Of a DNA stretch of 32,000 bases, positions 8,038 to 15,756 are shown in pieces. The translations under genes and the position numbers were made by a program. The DNA comes from Phycisphaera mikurensis NBRC 102666 (GTDB taxonomy: Bacteria; Planctomycetota; Phycisphaerae; Phycisphaerales; Phycisphaeraceae). The first letter of the stretch is position 1. Each line of letters starts with the position of its first letter. The stretch spans positions 240,001-272,000 of the forward strand of contig NC_017080.1 in NCBI RefSeq assembly GCF_000284115.1, in the 5' to 3' direction. Below the pieces are notes generated by a model that was not told the DNA's origin, searched no databases, and was given only the letters and a program-made list of their open reading frames with translations.

Positions 8038-8994
8038 TCAGCCCGTCTGAATGCCGAGCCGGGCGAGCAGGCGGTCGAAGTCCTCGAGCGAGCGGTACTC
8101 CAGGGTGACGACGCCCGTGCCTCTCTTCCGCCCGGGCGCGACGCGGACGGGCGTCTCCAAGCCCGCGGTGAGTTGAGACTCCAGGTCGCGGAGCCATGCG
8201 GCCTTCACCGCCGGCGGTGCGTGCTCGTCGGAGCGACGTCGGGCCGGCGGGCCGCCCCGCTGCGCCTCCTGCTCCAGCCTCCGCACGGACCAGCCCTCCG
8301 ACACGCAACGCTCCGCCAAGGCCTCTTGCAGCGACGGCTCCTCGATCCCCGTGAGCACGCGTGCGTGCCCCATTTTCAGATGATCCTCGATGACGAGTTT
8401 CTGCACCGCGGGCGTCAGCCCGAGCAGCCGGATGAGGTTGGAGACGGCGGGGCGGGAGAGGCCCACCGCGGCGGCGACCTCGGCGTGGCTGAGGCTCTGC
8501 GTTTCGCAGAGGTCGTGGAGCGCCCGCGCCCTCTCCATCGGGTTGAGGTCTTCCCGCTGGACGTTCTCGATGAGTGCCCACCGGGCGGCGTCGCCGTCGT
8601 TCAGCGGCCGCACCACCGCGTCGACGGTCTCCAGCTCCGCGATGCCCGCCGCCCGCCAGCGTCGCTCGCCCGCCACGATCTCGTACCCCCCGGCGGGGCG
8701 GGGACGCACGGTGATCGGCTGGACGAAGCCGTCCACGCGGAGGCTCTCCGCCAGCCCCTTCAAGGCTTCCTCCGTGAACCGCCGGCGGGGCTGCAGCGGA
8801 TTCGGATGCACCTCCCCCAGCGGCAGCGCCACGACGGCGGCCTCCGTGGATCCACGTGGGACCTCCGGAGCCTCGGCTTCCCGGGGCGGGAGGGCGGCCG
8901 CGGCCGCCGGCGGTGGAACGCGCACCGGAGCGGCCATGAGCGAACTCAAGCCCTTCCCGAGGCGTCCTGAAGATCGTCGTTTCTCGTCGGCCAT
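8038..8994 (-). CDS. parB: Chromosome partitioning protein ParB (Spo0J family)
   Basis: ATG start. N-terminal LGKGLSSLM motif, ParB box IVAGERRWRAAG, HTH SHAEVAAAVGLSRPAVSNLIRLL, C-terminal dimerisation-like region. Confidence 0.95.
   Translation of the reverse strand: MADEKRRSSGRLGKGLSSLMAAPVRVPPPAAAAALPPREAEAPEVPRGSTEAAVVALPLGEVHPNPLQPRRRFTEEALKGLAESLRVDGFVQPITVRPRPAGGYEIVAGERRWRAAGIAELETVDAVVRPLNDGDAARWALIENVQREDLNPMERARALHDLCETQSLSHAEVAAAVGLSRPAVSNLIRLLGLTPAVQKLVIEDHLKMGHARVLTGIEEPSLQEALAERCVSEGWSVRRLEQEAQRGGPPARRRSDEHAPPAVKAAWLRDLESQLTAGLETPVRVAPGRKRGTGVVTLEYRSLEDFDRLLARLGIQTG
8848..8863. other. Degenerate parS-like site GGATCCACGTGGGACC inside the parB 5' coding region
   Basis: Matches the 7152 copy at 14 of 16 positions. 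The CCACGTGG core is intact, and each half-site has one mismatch. Confidence 0.4.
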
Positions 8995-9107
8995 CCCGGA
9001 CGATACCGCGGCACGCGAGGCCGCACTTGTGGGAAACTGGGTAATATAGGCAGTCCAGATATGTTATCGGACGTGCAGGAGCCCGATAACGCATTCTCGG
9101 CGTAACA

Positions 9108-9136
9108 ATCGACAGGCCGCGGAGATGCGGCTACAT
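9108..9136 (+). promoter_or_regulatory. Candidate sigma70-like promoter TCGACA-N17-TACATT
   Basis: TCGACA at 9108-9113, a 17-nt spacer, then TACATT at 9131-9136, in a locally AT-richer segment. Purely motif-based; promoter consensus for this organism is unknown. Confidence 0.25.
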
Positions 9137-9142
9137 TGATGC

Positions 9143-9243
9143 TCCAGGGAGGGATTGTCCGATACAGAGCGACCACCCTCCGGGATTCACCCGCTTTCTC
9201 CTCCGCCGTGCTCCGTGGCTTGCCACGGGGCACGGTTTTTTTT
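9143..9243 (+). ncRNA. Candidate ~100-nt small RNA of unknown family
   Basis: Bounded by the candidate promoter and a strong terminator. No credible ORF. 5' hairpin GGAGGG (9147-9152) / CCCTCC (9175-9180). The 5' end is a guess. Confidence 0.3.
9205..9243 (+). terminator. Rho-independent terminator
   Basis: 13-bp stem CCGTGCTCCGTGG (9205-9217) / CCACGGGGCACGG (9222-9234) with one G.U pair, CTTG loop, then nine consecutive T (9235-9243). A T9 run is striking in this GC-rich DNA. Unidirectional: the other strand has no T-tract. Confidence 0.75.
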
Positions 9244-9646
9244 CTGCCGGACTGGGTTGCTGCGAAGTCTCCTCGCCCCCCGGGTCACGCCAGAACCCGG
9301 CCTCTCCCCCTGGCCTCCGTCGCGGTCACGCCCGAGGGTGTCGGCCACCCCCAGCCCACTCCTGCCGGGCGATCACGGCATGACCCACCCGCCCAGACCC
9401 GGCGCTGCGTCGATCCCGAATCACCTGTCGGCTCCGGCTCGTGCGCGCCGGCCGGGACGGACACCCGCCGCCGACCGCCCGCAGGCGCTTCCCCCCCGGG
9501 AACACGTGACTCGCGCTCCAGTCGATCTCTTGTGCACCCGTGGTGCCGAGCATCCGAGCTTTCCGAAGAGACGTGGCGGGGGTGAGTCCGAAAGGGCGTG
9601 ACGGTCGAGCCGGTGCATCCGCGGACGCCCGCAGCACGACCGGCGT

Positions 9647-11119
9647 TCAGCCGCCGCCGATCCGGCGGAGGATGTTCGTCGTGCTGCGTCCCTCCACCAG
9701 CGGCACGAGCTCGACGCGGCCCCCGCGGGCCTCGACGAAGCTCGCGCCCACCACGGTGTCTCGCGTGTAGTCCGCGCCCTTGACGAGCACCGAAGGCTGC
9801 ACCGCCTCGATCAGCGAAAGGGGGGTGTCGGTGGCGAACGGGACCACGTAGCGGACGCAAGCCAGCTCGGAGAGCACCCGCAGCCGATCCTCCAGCGGGT
9901 TCACGGGCCGCTCCGGCCCCTTGAGGCGGCGGATGCTCTGATCGTCGTTCACGCCGACCACCAGGAGGTCGGCGGTGGCGGCGGCGGACCGCAGGTAGCC
10001 GACATGCCCGGCGTGGAGGACGTCGAAGCAGCCGTTGGTGAAGGCGACGGTCCGGCCGCGGTGCCGGTGGGCCGCCAGCTCCGGGACCAGCTCCTGCAGC
10101 GTGCGAACCTTCCCGCGGTCGGCGGCCGCTTCCTCCATCGCCTCGAGGTAGAGCTCTTCGAGCGGGATGGGAACGACCCCGGATCGCTCCACCTCCAGCC
10201 CGGCGGCGAGGTTGGCGAGGCGGACGCCGTCGGCGTAGGCCGCTCCCTGCGCGACCGCCGCGGCGAGGGTGGCGAGCACGACGTCGCCGGCCCCGGTGAC
10301 GTCGTAAACGGAGCGGGCTCGGGTCGGCAGCGTCTCCTCGACGCCGTCCGGCGAGCGGAGCAGGGCGCCGTGCCGGTCGAGCGTCAGGACCACGTGGCCG
10401 AAGCCGTGCTCGGCCTGGAGGCGGGCCGCCATCGCGGAGGGGTCGTCCGCGGAGAGGCCGGTGGCTCGCTCGGCCTCGGTGCGGTTGGGCGTGATGGCGT
10501 CGGCGCCGGCGTAGCGGCCGTAGTCGGCGATGGCGGCGGGGTCGACGAGCACCGGGAGGCCCGCGGCGTGGGCGCGCTCGATCACGCCCCGGCACAGCTC
10601 GGGGGTGCAGACGCCCTTGTGGTAGTCCTCGAGGATCACCGCCTGCGCCCCGTCGATCGCCTCGTCGACCGCGGCGAGCATCCGCTCCACCGCCGCCCCC
10701 GGCAGCGGGGTCCTGTCCTCGAAGTCCAGGCGGAACATCTTCTGCGGGTGCCGGTGCTGGGCGAGGCCGACGAGGTTCTGCTTGACGGTGGTGGGGCGGT
10801 CGCCGTCGGCGGCGAGCCCCGCGGTCTCCACGCCGGCGGTCTGCAGCGCAGCCCGCAACGCCCGGCCCGGCTCGTCGTCGCCGGCGATCCCGACGGCCCG
10901 CACCCGCGCACGCAGCGCGGCGAGGCAGACGCAGACGTTCGAGGCGCCGCCGGGGCGGTCGTCGGTGCGCTGCACGTCCAGCACCGGCACGGGCGCATCG
11001 GGCGCGAGGCGGTCGGCGTTGCCGAAGAGGTAGCGGTCGAGCATGAAGTCGCCGACGACGACGACCGTCGGCGGCGACCAGCCGTTGAGCAGCGTGAGCA
11101 GGGGGGTGGCGGTCGGCAC
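9647..11119 (-). CDS. hldE: Bifunctional D-beta-D-heptose 7-phosphate kinase / D-beta-D-heptose 1-phosphate adenylyltransferase
   Basis: 3' part of track ORF 9647..12766, with GTG start at 11119 (VPTATPLLTLLNGWSPPTVVVVGDFMLDRY). PfkB-type sugar kinase N-domain (DVTGAGD). C-terminal cytidylyltransferase domain (AFTNGCFDVLHAGHVGYL). Confidence 0.9.
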   Translation of the reverse strand: MPTATPLLTLLNGWSPPTVVVVGDFMLDRYLFGNADRLAPDAPVPVLDVQRTDDRPGGASNVCVCLAALRARVRAVGIAGDDEPGRALRAALQTAGVETAGLAADGDRPTTVKQNLVGLAQHRHPQKMFRLDFEDRTPLPGAAVERMLAAVDEAIDGAQAVILEDYHKGVCTPELCRGVIERAHAAGLPVLVDPAAIADYGRYAGADAITPNRTEAERATGLSADDPSAMAARLQAEHGFGHVVLTLDRHGALLRSPDGVEETLPTRARSVYDVTGAGDVVLATLAAAVAQGAAYADGVRLANLAAGLEVERSGVVPIPLEELYLEAMEEAAADRGKVRTLQELVPELAAHRHRGRTVAFTNGCFDVLHAGHVGYLRSAAATADLLVVGVNDDQSIRRLKGPERPVNPLEDRLRVLSELACVRYVVPFATDTPLSLIEAVQPSVLVKGADYTRDTVVGASFVEARGGRVELVPLVEGRSTTNILRRIGGG

Positions 11120-11145
11120 GGGCGGCCAAGGTAAAGCCGTCCCGC

Positions 11146-12624
11146 TCACTCCACCCGCAGAGCTTCCATGGGAGACAGGCGCGCCGCCAGCAGCGAGGGC
11201 ACGACCGCCGCGACGGCCGAGAGCGCCACCCCCAGCGCCGCGGCCGCCAGCACCGCGAGCGCCACCTGGCCCGCGGCGGGCACGGCCAGACCCAGCAGCG
11301 GGCCGAACGTCAGCAGCGCCGACGCCACCGCGAGCGCCGTGCCCAGCAGCGCCCCCGCGGCGGCGCCGACCACGCCCAGCAGCAGGGCCTCGAGCAGGTA
11401 CATGCGCAGGATCGAGCCCGCCCGAGCACCCAGGCACTTCATGGTGGCGATCTCTCCGAAGCGCTCCGTCACCGACATCAACATCGCGTTGCCGATGCCC
11501 ACCACGCACACCAGCGCGGAAAGCCCCAGCAGCAGCGCCGTCCGGCCCCCGCGGCCCGCCGGTGCGGCGGCCGCCGCCGCGGCCCAGGCGTCGGTGCGGG
11601 CACGCGCGTGCGCGAGCGCAGCGAGGCGCTCCGCCGGCGGGACGGCCGCGGCGCCGCCAGCCCGCAGCGCCCCGGCGAGCGCCTCCGCGCCGGCGGGCGT
11701 CGTCGCGACGCCGAGGGCCGCCTCGGCGTCGACCTCCGCCGGCGGCAGGCCCAAGAGCCTGCCCACCGCCTGACGCGGGGCGGTGGCGCCGATCGCCTCC
11801 GCGAGGTTCGCGGCGTCGGCCATGCGCCGGGCTTCGGGCGCGGCGGCCACGACCGCGGCCCCGTCGAAGCCGAGGCGGTCGAGCTCGCCGGCCAGCCCCG
11901 CCGGCCGAGCCGCCACCACCTCGGGCAGCCGCCGGCCCGGGTACCGCCGCCCGAGCGCCTCGACCGCGTCGGCGTGGCCCTGCGCGACCGCGTCGATGGC
12001 CGCCGACACGCCCGCCCGCTTCCGCGTGAGCAGGTCCACCAGGGCCGCGGGCGAAGCCGCCGGGATTGAGGCGCGCGCCGCTGGCCGCAGCGCCTCGAGC
12101 TTCTCCACGAAGCGTTCCGCCTCGGCGGGTTCGGCCAGCCGCGTCGCCGCCACGCCGGTGCTGCGGCCGCCCAGCAGCCCCGCGGCGTCGGTGGCGTCGA
12201 GCTCTCTGAGCCACCGCTCCGCCGCCGCGAGCGCCCGCGCGTCGGCCCCGACCTGCTCGAAGGCGTCGGCGTCCAGGCCGCTCCAGGCCGCCCAGGCCGC
12301 GGGGACGATGCCGCGCCCCAGGCCGGCGGCGACCTCCGCGGGCGGGTCGGGCCGCGTCAGCCTCGTGAGCGTCACCCGGTCCGCGGTCACCGGGCCCAGG
12401 CGCTCCGCCGCGGCCCCGGCCACCCGGTCGGCGAGCCGCTCCCCGGCGACGGTGAAGACGAGAAACGCCACGGCCAGCGCCTGGATCGAGACGGTGATGC
12501 CCGAGCGGACGAGGCGGAAGCCGATGCCCGACCGCACCAGCCGCAGCGCCGTCAGCAGCGGCAGCCCCGGCTGGTCGTGCGCCGGAAGCCCGGCGGTCGC
12601 GGTTTCGGGCGGGCGCGGATCCAC
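11146..12624 (-). CDS. FtsX/MacB-type ABC transporter permease
   Basis: GTG start. N-terminal TM ITVSIQALAVAFLVFTVAG, ~300-aa Ala-rich extracytoplasmic domain, C-terminal three-TM FtsX domain (LSALVCVVGIGNAMLMSVTERFGEIATMKCLGARAGSILRMYLLEALLLG...). No cognate ATPase gene is adjacent. Confidence 0.8.
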   Translation of the reverse strand: MDPRPPETATAGLPAHDQPGLPLLTALRLVRSGIGFRLVRSGITVSIQALAVAFLVFTVAGERLADRVAGAAAERLGPVTADRVTLTRLTRPDPPAEVAAGLGRGIVPAAWAAWSGLDADAFEQVGADARALAAAERWLRELDATDAAGLLGGRSTGVAATRLAEPAEAERFVEKLEALRPAARASIPAASPAALVDLLTRKRAGVSAAIDAVAQGHADAVEALGRRYPGRRLPEVVAARPAGLAGELDRLGFDGAAVVAAAPEARRMADAANLAEAIGATAPRQAVGRLLGLPPAEVDAEAALGVATTPAGAEALAGALRAGGAAAVPPAERLAALAHARARTDAWAAAAAAAPAGRGGRTALLLGLSALVCVVGIGNAMLMSVTERFGEIATMKCLGARAGSILRMYLLEALLLGVVGAAAGALLGTALAVASALLTFGPLLGLAVPAAGQVALAVLAAAALGVALSAVAAVVPSLLAARLSPMEALRVE

Positions 12625-12651
12625 GGCGGGACGCTACGGGGGCCCGTGGCT

Positions 12652-12697
12652 CCGCGGACCGCGACCGGCGGAGGCCGTGCGGCGGCACGGTCCGCGG
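12652..12697. repeat. Bipartite palindromic element copy 2: CCGCGGACCG-N26-CGGTCCGCGG
   Basis: Exact arms at 12652-12661 and 12688-12697, with a 26-nt spacer. Begins 4 nt after the epimerase stop codon (12702-12704, minus strand) and ends 27 nt before the FtsX-permease start. Confidence 0.9.
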
Positions 12698-12701
12698 CTC
12701 G

Positions 12702-13649
12702 CTAGGCCAAGTCCGCCAGCGCCGCCCGCACCTCGGGGTGCTCGAAGGCGAACCCCGCCTCCGCAACCAGCCGCGTCGGGACGCACCGCCGGCCCTCCAG
12801 CGCGAGCTCCGGGTCGGTGTCGAGCACGAAGCGGCTGAAGAGCCGGACGCAAAGCGCCGGCGCCGGCGGCGACCACGGCCGCCGGTGCGCCGCCCGCAGG
12901 GCCGCCATGAACTCCCGGTTGGTCACCGGCTTCGGCGCCGTCGCCACGTAGACGCCGCTCAACGACGGGTCCTCGAGGGCGCGGAGGAAGAGCCGGTCGA
13001 GGTCGGCGTGGTGGATCCACGAGATCCACTGGTCGCCCGGGCCGACGGTCCCGCCCAGGCCCATCCGCGTGAAGCGGACGAGCTTGCCAAGGGCGCCGCC
13101 GCCGGGGCCGAGCACGAAGCTGATCCGCAGCGTCACGCCGCGCTGGGTCGGCAGCCTCGCCGCGTCGAAGGCCTTCTCCCACGCGGTCCCCACCCGCGGG
13201 GCCATCTCCTCCGGCGGCCCCGGCGGCGTCGTCTCGTCGCAGATCCGGTCTTTGGGGCGCGGGTCGCCGACGATGTGAGCCGTCGCGGCCTGGACCCACA
13301 CCGGCGGCGGGGCGGCCGCCGCCCGGCACGCCTCGCCCAGCACGCGGCACGAGTCGATCCGCGACCGCAAGATTTCCGCCTGGTTTGCCCTGGTCTTGCG
13401 GCAGTCCACCGTCCGCCCCGCGAGGTTCACGATCCCGTCCGCGCCGTCGAGGGCCCCGGCCCAGTCGCCGAGGGTGGAGCCGTCCCAGCGGTGCCAGCCG
13501 ATCCGCCCGTCGAGCCCCGCCGGACGCGGCCGCCGCGAGAGCACCTCCGGCCGGTCGCCCCGCCGGAGCATCGCCGCCGCGAGGGACCCGCCCAGGAAGC
13601 CCGATCCGCCCGCGAGGAGGGTCCGCCGCGGGGTCCGGGGGTGGGCCAT
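12702..13649 (-). CDS. TIGR01777/YfcH-family NAD-dependent epimerase-like protein (with DUF1731-type C-terminus)
   Basis: Track ORF trimmed to the internal ATG at 13649: MAHPRTPRRTLLAGGSGFLGGSL (Rossmann GxxGxxG). The C-terminus VPTRLVAEAGFAFEHPEVRAAL is typical of the family. Confidence 0.85.
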   Translation of the reverse strand: MAHPRTPRRTLLAGGSGFLGGSLAAAMLRRGDRPEVLSRRPRPAGLDGRIGWHRWDGSTLGDWAGALDGADGIVNLAGRTVDCRKTRANQAEILRSRIDSCRVLGEACRAAAAPPPVWVQAATAHIVGDPRPKDRICDETTPPGPPEEMAPRVGTAWEKAFDAARLPTQRGVTLRISFVLGPGGGALGKLVRFTRMGLGGTVGPGDQWISWIHHADLDRLFLRALEDPSLSGVYVATAPKPVTNREFMAALRAAHRRPWSPPAPALCVRLFSRFVLDTDPELALEGRRCVPTRLVAEAGFAFEHPEVRAALADLA

Positions 13650-13806
13650 GGGCCGAGCGTACGGAAGCGGGGCGGCGTCCCGCCGCCCCCCGCTCGGGGG
13701 TGCTGCGCCGGCCGCGCCGGCGCCCGCAGCGTCGGGGCAGCCGGCCGGGGCGGCGTCGGCCTCGGCTCGCGGCCCTCCGCCTCCTCCTCCAGTACCTTCC
13801 TCCCGC

Positions 13807-15756
13807 GTGCCTTCCGCACCTTCCCAGTCTCCGAGTCCGAGCGCTCCCGCGGCGGCGGGCGTCGGCGCCGAGGCCTCCACGGCCCGGCTCATCCTGCGCC
13901 TGTGCCGCCTCGCGTGGGGCTACCGCCTCCAGGTCATCCGCTCGCTGGTCCTGCAGCTCGTGCTCCTGACGCTCACGCTCTCGGGCCTGGGCCTGCTGGG
14001 CCTGGGCATCGACGTCATTGGCCACGCCTTCGACCCGCTCTCCGAGGCGAACCCCGGCGGGAACAAGCCGCCGGCCTGGCCGCTGGGCTACGCGCCGCCG
14101 AGCGCGTGGACGTCCGGGCAGCAGGTGCTGCTGGTGGCGGGGCTCATCGCGGTGATCGGACTGGTCCGCTTCGCGCTGGAGGCGCTGTCGGCCTTCTGGA
14201 TCGCGCAGCTCGTGCAGGACATCGTCGTGTCGCTCCGCAGCCGGGTGTACGACAAGCTGCAGCGGCTGTCCTTCCGCTTCTTCGACGCGAACGAGTCGGG
14301 CTCGATCATCAACCGGGTCACCGGCGACGTGCAGGCGGTGCGGATGTTCGTGGACCAGGTGCTGGTGCAGGTGCTGATCATGGCGGTCTCGCTCGCGTTC
14401 TTCGCGGGCTACATGCTCTCGCTGCACGTCGGGCTCACGCTGGTGTGCCTGCTCTCCACGCCCCTGCTCTGGCTGCTCACCGGCAACTTCAGCCGCATCG
14501 TCAAGCCGGCCTACCTCGAGAACCGCCGCCTCTTCGACACCGCCATCCGCGTGCTCAGCGAGAACGCGCAGGGCGTGCACGTGGTCAAGGGTTTCGCCGC
14601 CCAGGACGCGGAGGTCCGCCGCTTCGCCGCCGCCAACCACGCGGTGACGACGCAGAAGCGGCAGATCTTCCAGCAGGTCGCCATCTTCGTCCCGCTGATC
14701 AGCTTCCTGCCGCAGCTGAACCTGGTGATCCTGCTGATCTACGGCGGCTGGATCTACATGGAGGACCCGGCATTCACCGTCGGCACGCTGGTCGTCTTCA
14801 GCGGGCTGCTCCAGCAGTTCTCCGGCCAGATCGGCAACGTGGCGCAGCTCGCCAACTCGGTGCAGCAGTCGCTCACCGGCGCGTCCCGCGTGTTCGAGGT
14901 GCTCGACACGCCGCTGGAGATCCAGACCCGCGCCGACCCCACGCCGCTGCCTGCGCCGCCGGCGGGCGGGAAGCGCGGCGGGATCCGCTTCGAGGACGTC
15001 GGCTTCCGCTTCGGGAAGGAGGACGCGGTCCCGGCGCTTGCGCACCTGGACTTCGAGGTCAAGCCCGGCCAGCTCGTCGCGGTGCTCGGCGCCACCGGCG
15101 CTGGGAAGAGCACGATGCTCTCGCTGATCCCGCGCTTCTACGACCCGACCACCGGACGCATCCGGCTCGACGGCGTCGACCTCCGAGACCTCCCGCTGGA
15201 CGCGCTGCGCCGCAGCATCGGCATCGTCTTCCAAGAGAGCTTCCTCTTCAGCAACACCGTCGCCGAGAACATCGCCTTCGGCCACCCCGACGCGACGCAG
15301 GAGCAAGTGGAGCGCGCGGCCCGCATCGCCAGCGCCCACGGCTTCATCACCGAAGACCTCAAAGACGGCTACCGCACCGTGCTCACCGAGGGCGGCAACA
15401 ACCTCTCCGGCGGCCAGCGCCAGCGGCTCGCCATCGCCCGGGCGGTGCTGCTGGACCCGCCGGTGCTGCTGATGGACGACCCGACCGCCGCGATCGACCC
15501 CGAGACCGAGGGCGAGATCCTCGCCGCGATGGCCTCGGCCATGGCGGACCGCACGACCTTCGTGGTCGCCCACCGGCTCTCGACGCTGCGCCGCGCCGAT
15601 TTCGTGCTCGTGCTCGACCGCGGCCGCGTCGTCGAGCGTGGCACGCACGACGAGCTGATGGCCAAGGGCGGGCACTACGCCGAGGCCGCCGGCGTGCAGG
15701 CGGCCGACACCGAAAGCCGCGAGATCCTCGGGATGGACGAGGCGGTGGATCCGTGA
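13807..15756 (+). CDS. ABC exporter, fused permease/ATPase (MsbA-like), subunit 1
   Basis: Six-TM exporter domain, then Walker A GATGAGKST, signature LSGGQRQR, Walker B LLMDDPTAAID. Start ambiguous: GTG 13807 is chosen because it is the nearest start upstream of the first TM helix and leaves a 157-bp divergent promoter region. ATG 13648 is the alternative. Confidence 0.8.
   Translation: MPSAPSQSPSPSAPAAAGVGAEASTARLILRLCRLAWGYRLQVIRSLVLQLVLLTLTLSGLGLLGLGIDVIGHAFDPLSEANPGGNKPPAWPLGYAPPSAWTSGQQVLLVAGLIAVIGLVRFALEALSAFWIAQLVQDIVVSLRSRVYDKLQRLSFRFFDANESGSIINRVTGDVQAVRMFVDQVLVQVLIMAVSLAFFAGYMLSLHVGLTLVCLLSTPLLWLLTGNFSRIVKPAYLENRRLFDTAIRVLSENAQGVHVVKGFAAQDAEVRRFAAANHAVTTQKRQIFQQVAIFVPLISFLPQLNLVILLIYGGWIYMEDPAFTVGTLVVFSGLLQQFSGQIGNVAQLANSVQQSLTGASRVFEVLDTPLEIQTRADPTPLPAPPAGGKRGGIRFEDVGFRFGKEDAVPALAHLDFEVKPGQLVAVLGATGAGKSTMLSLIPRFYDPTTGRIRLDGVDLRDLPLDALRRSIGIVFQESFLFSNTVAENIAFGHPDATQEQVERAARIASAHGFITEDLKDGYRTVLTEGGNNLSGGQRQRLAIARAVLLDPPVLLMDDPTAAIDPETEGEILAAMASAMADRTTFVVAHRLSTLRRADFVLVLDRGRVVERGTHDELMAKGGHYAEAAGVQAADTESREILGMDEAVDP

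Noticed and set aside
6850-8050. ORFs inside the parS-bracketed gap (e.g. 6861..7862 -, 6868..7731 -, 7354..7848 +, 7095..7769 +)
   Set aside because: No hydrophobic cores, extreme Arg/Pro/Gly content, mutually overlapping in several frames, and lower third-position G/C than real genes here. A decayed pseudogene cannot be excluded without a database search.
9288-9302. CAGAACCCGGC, resembling the conserved ACAGAACCCGGCUUA block near the 3' end of bacterial RNase P RNA
   Set aside because: No GAGGAAAGUCCGGGC-type 5' block exists in the right position. The required ~350 nt upstream would run through the terminator and into parB, so this is an isolated chance match.
9136-9601. ORFs 9136..9585 and 9155..9601 (+) upstream of parB
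   Set aside because: They read straight through a 13-bp hairpin + T9 terminator and have non-protein-like composition.
6854-9646. Replication origin (oriC) next to parB
   Set aside because: I saw no cluster of DnaA-box-like TTATCCACA/TGTGGATAA motifs and no AT-rich unwinding element, only isolated TCCACA matches. The region stays GC-rich apart from about 9030-9110.
10390-10397. Other CACGTG/CCACGTGG cores (10390-10397 in hldE, and around 1851, 9503, 14576, 20591, 31800)
   Set aside because: Only the central hexamer or octamer matches. The flanking GTT/AAC half-site bases of parS are absent.
13648-13806. ATG at 13648 as the start of ABC exporter 1
   Set aside because: It overlaps the divergent epimerase ATG within the palindrome CCATGG, leaving no promoter region. 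It would add ~50 low-complexity residues with poorer third-position G/C. GTG 13807 is preferred, but this remains uncertain.
11120-15752. 5' extensions of giant track ORFs 9647..12766 (-, 1039 aa) and 12738..17657 (+, 1639 aa); also 12634..15675 (-, 1013 aa) and 15675..17579 (-, 634 aa)
   Set aside because: Only the hldE-homologous 3' part (9647..11119) and the ABC-homologous 3' part (15753..17657) are real. The remainder are stop-free shadow frames over the FtsX, epimerase and ABC genes.
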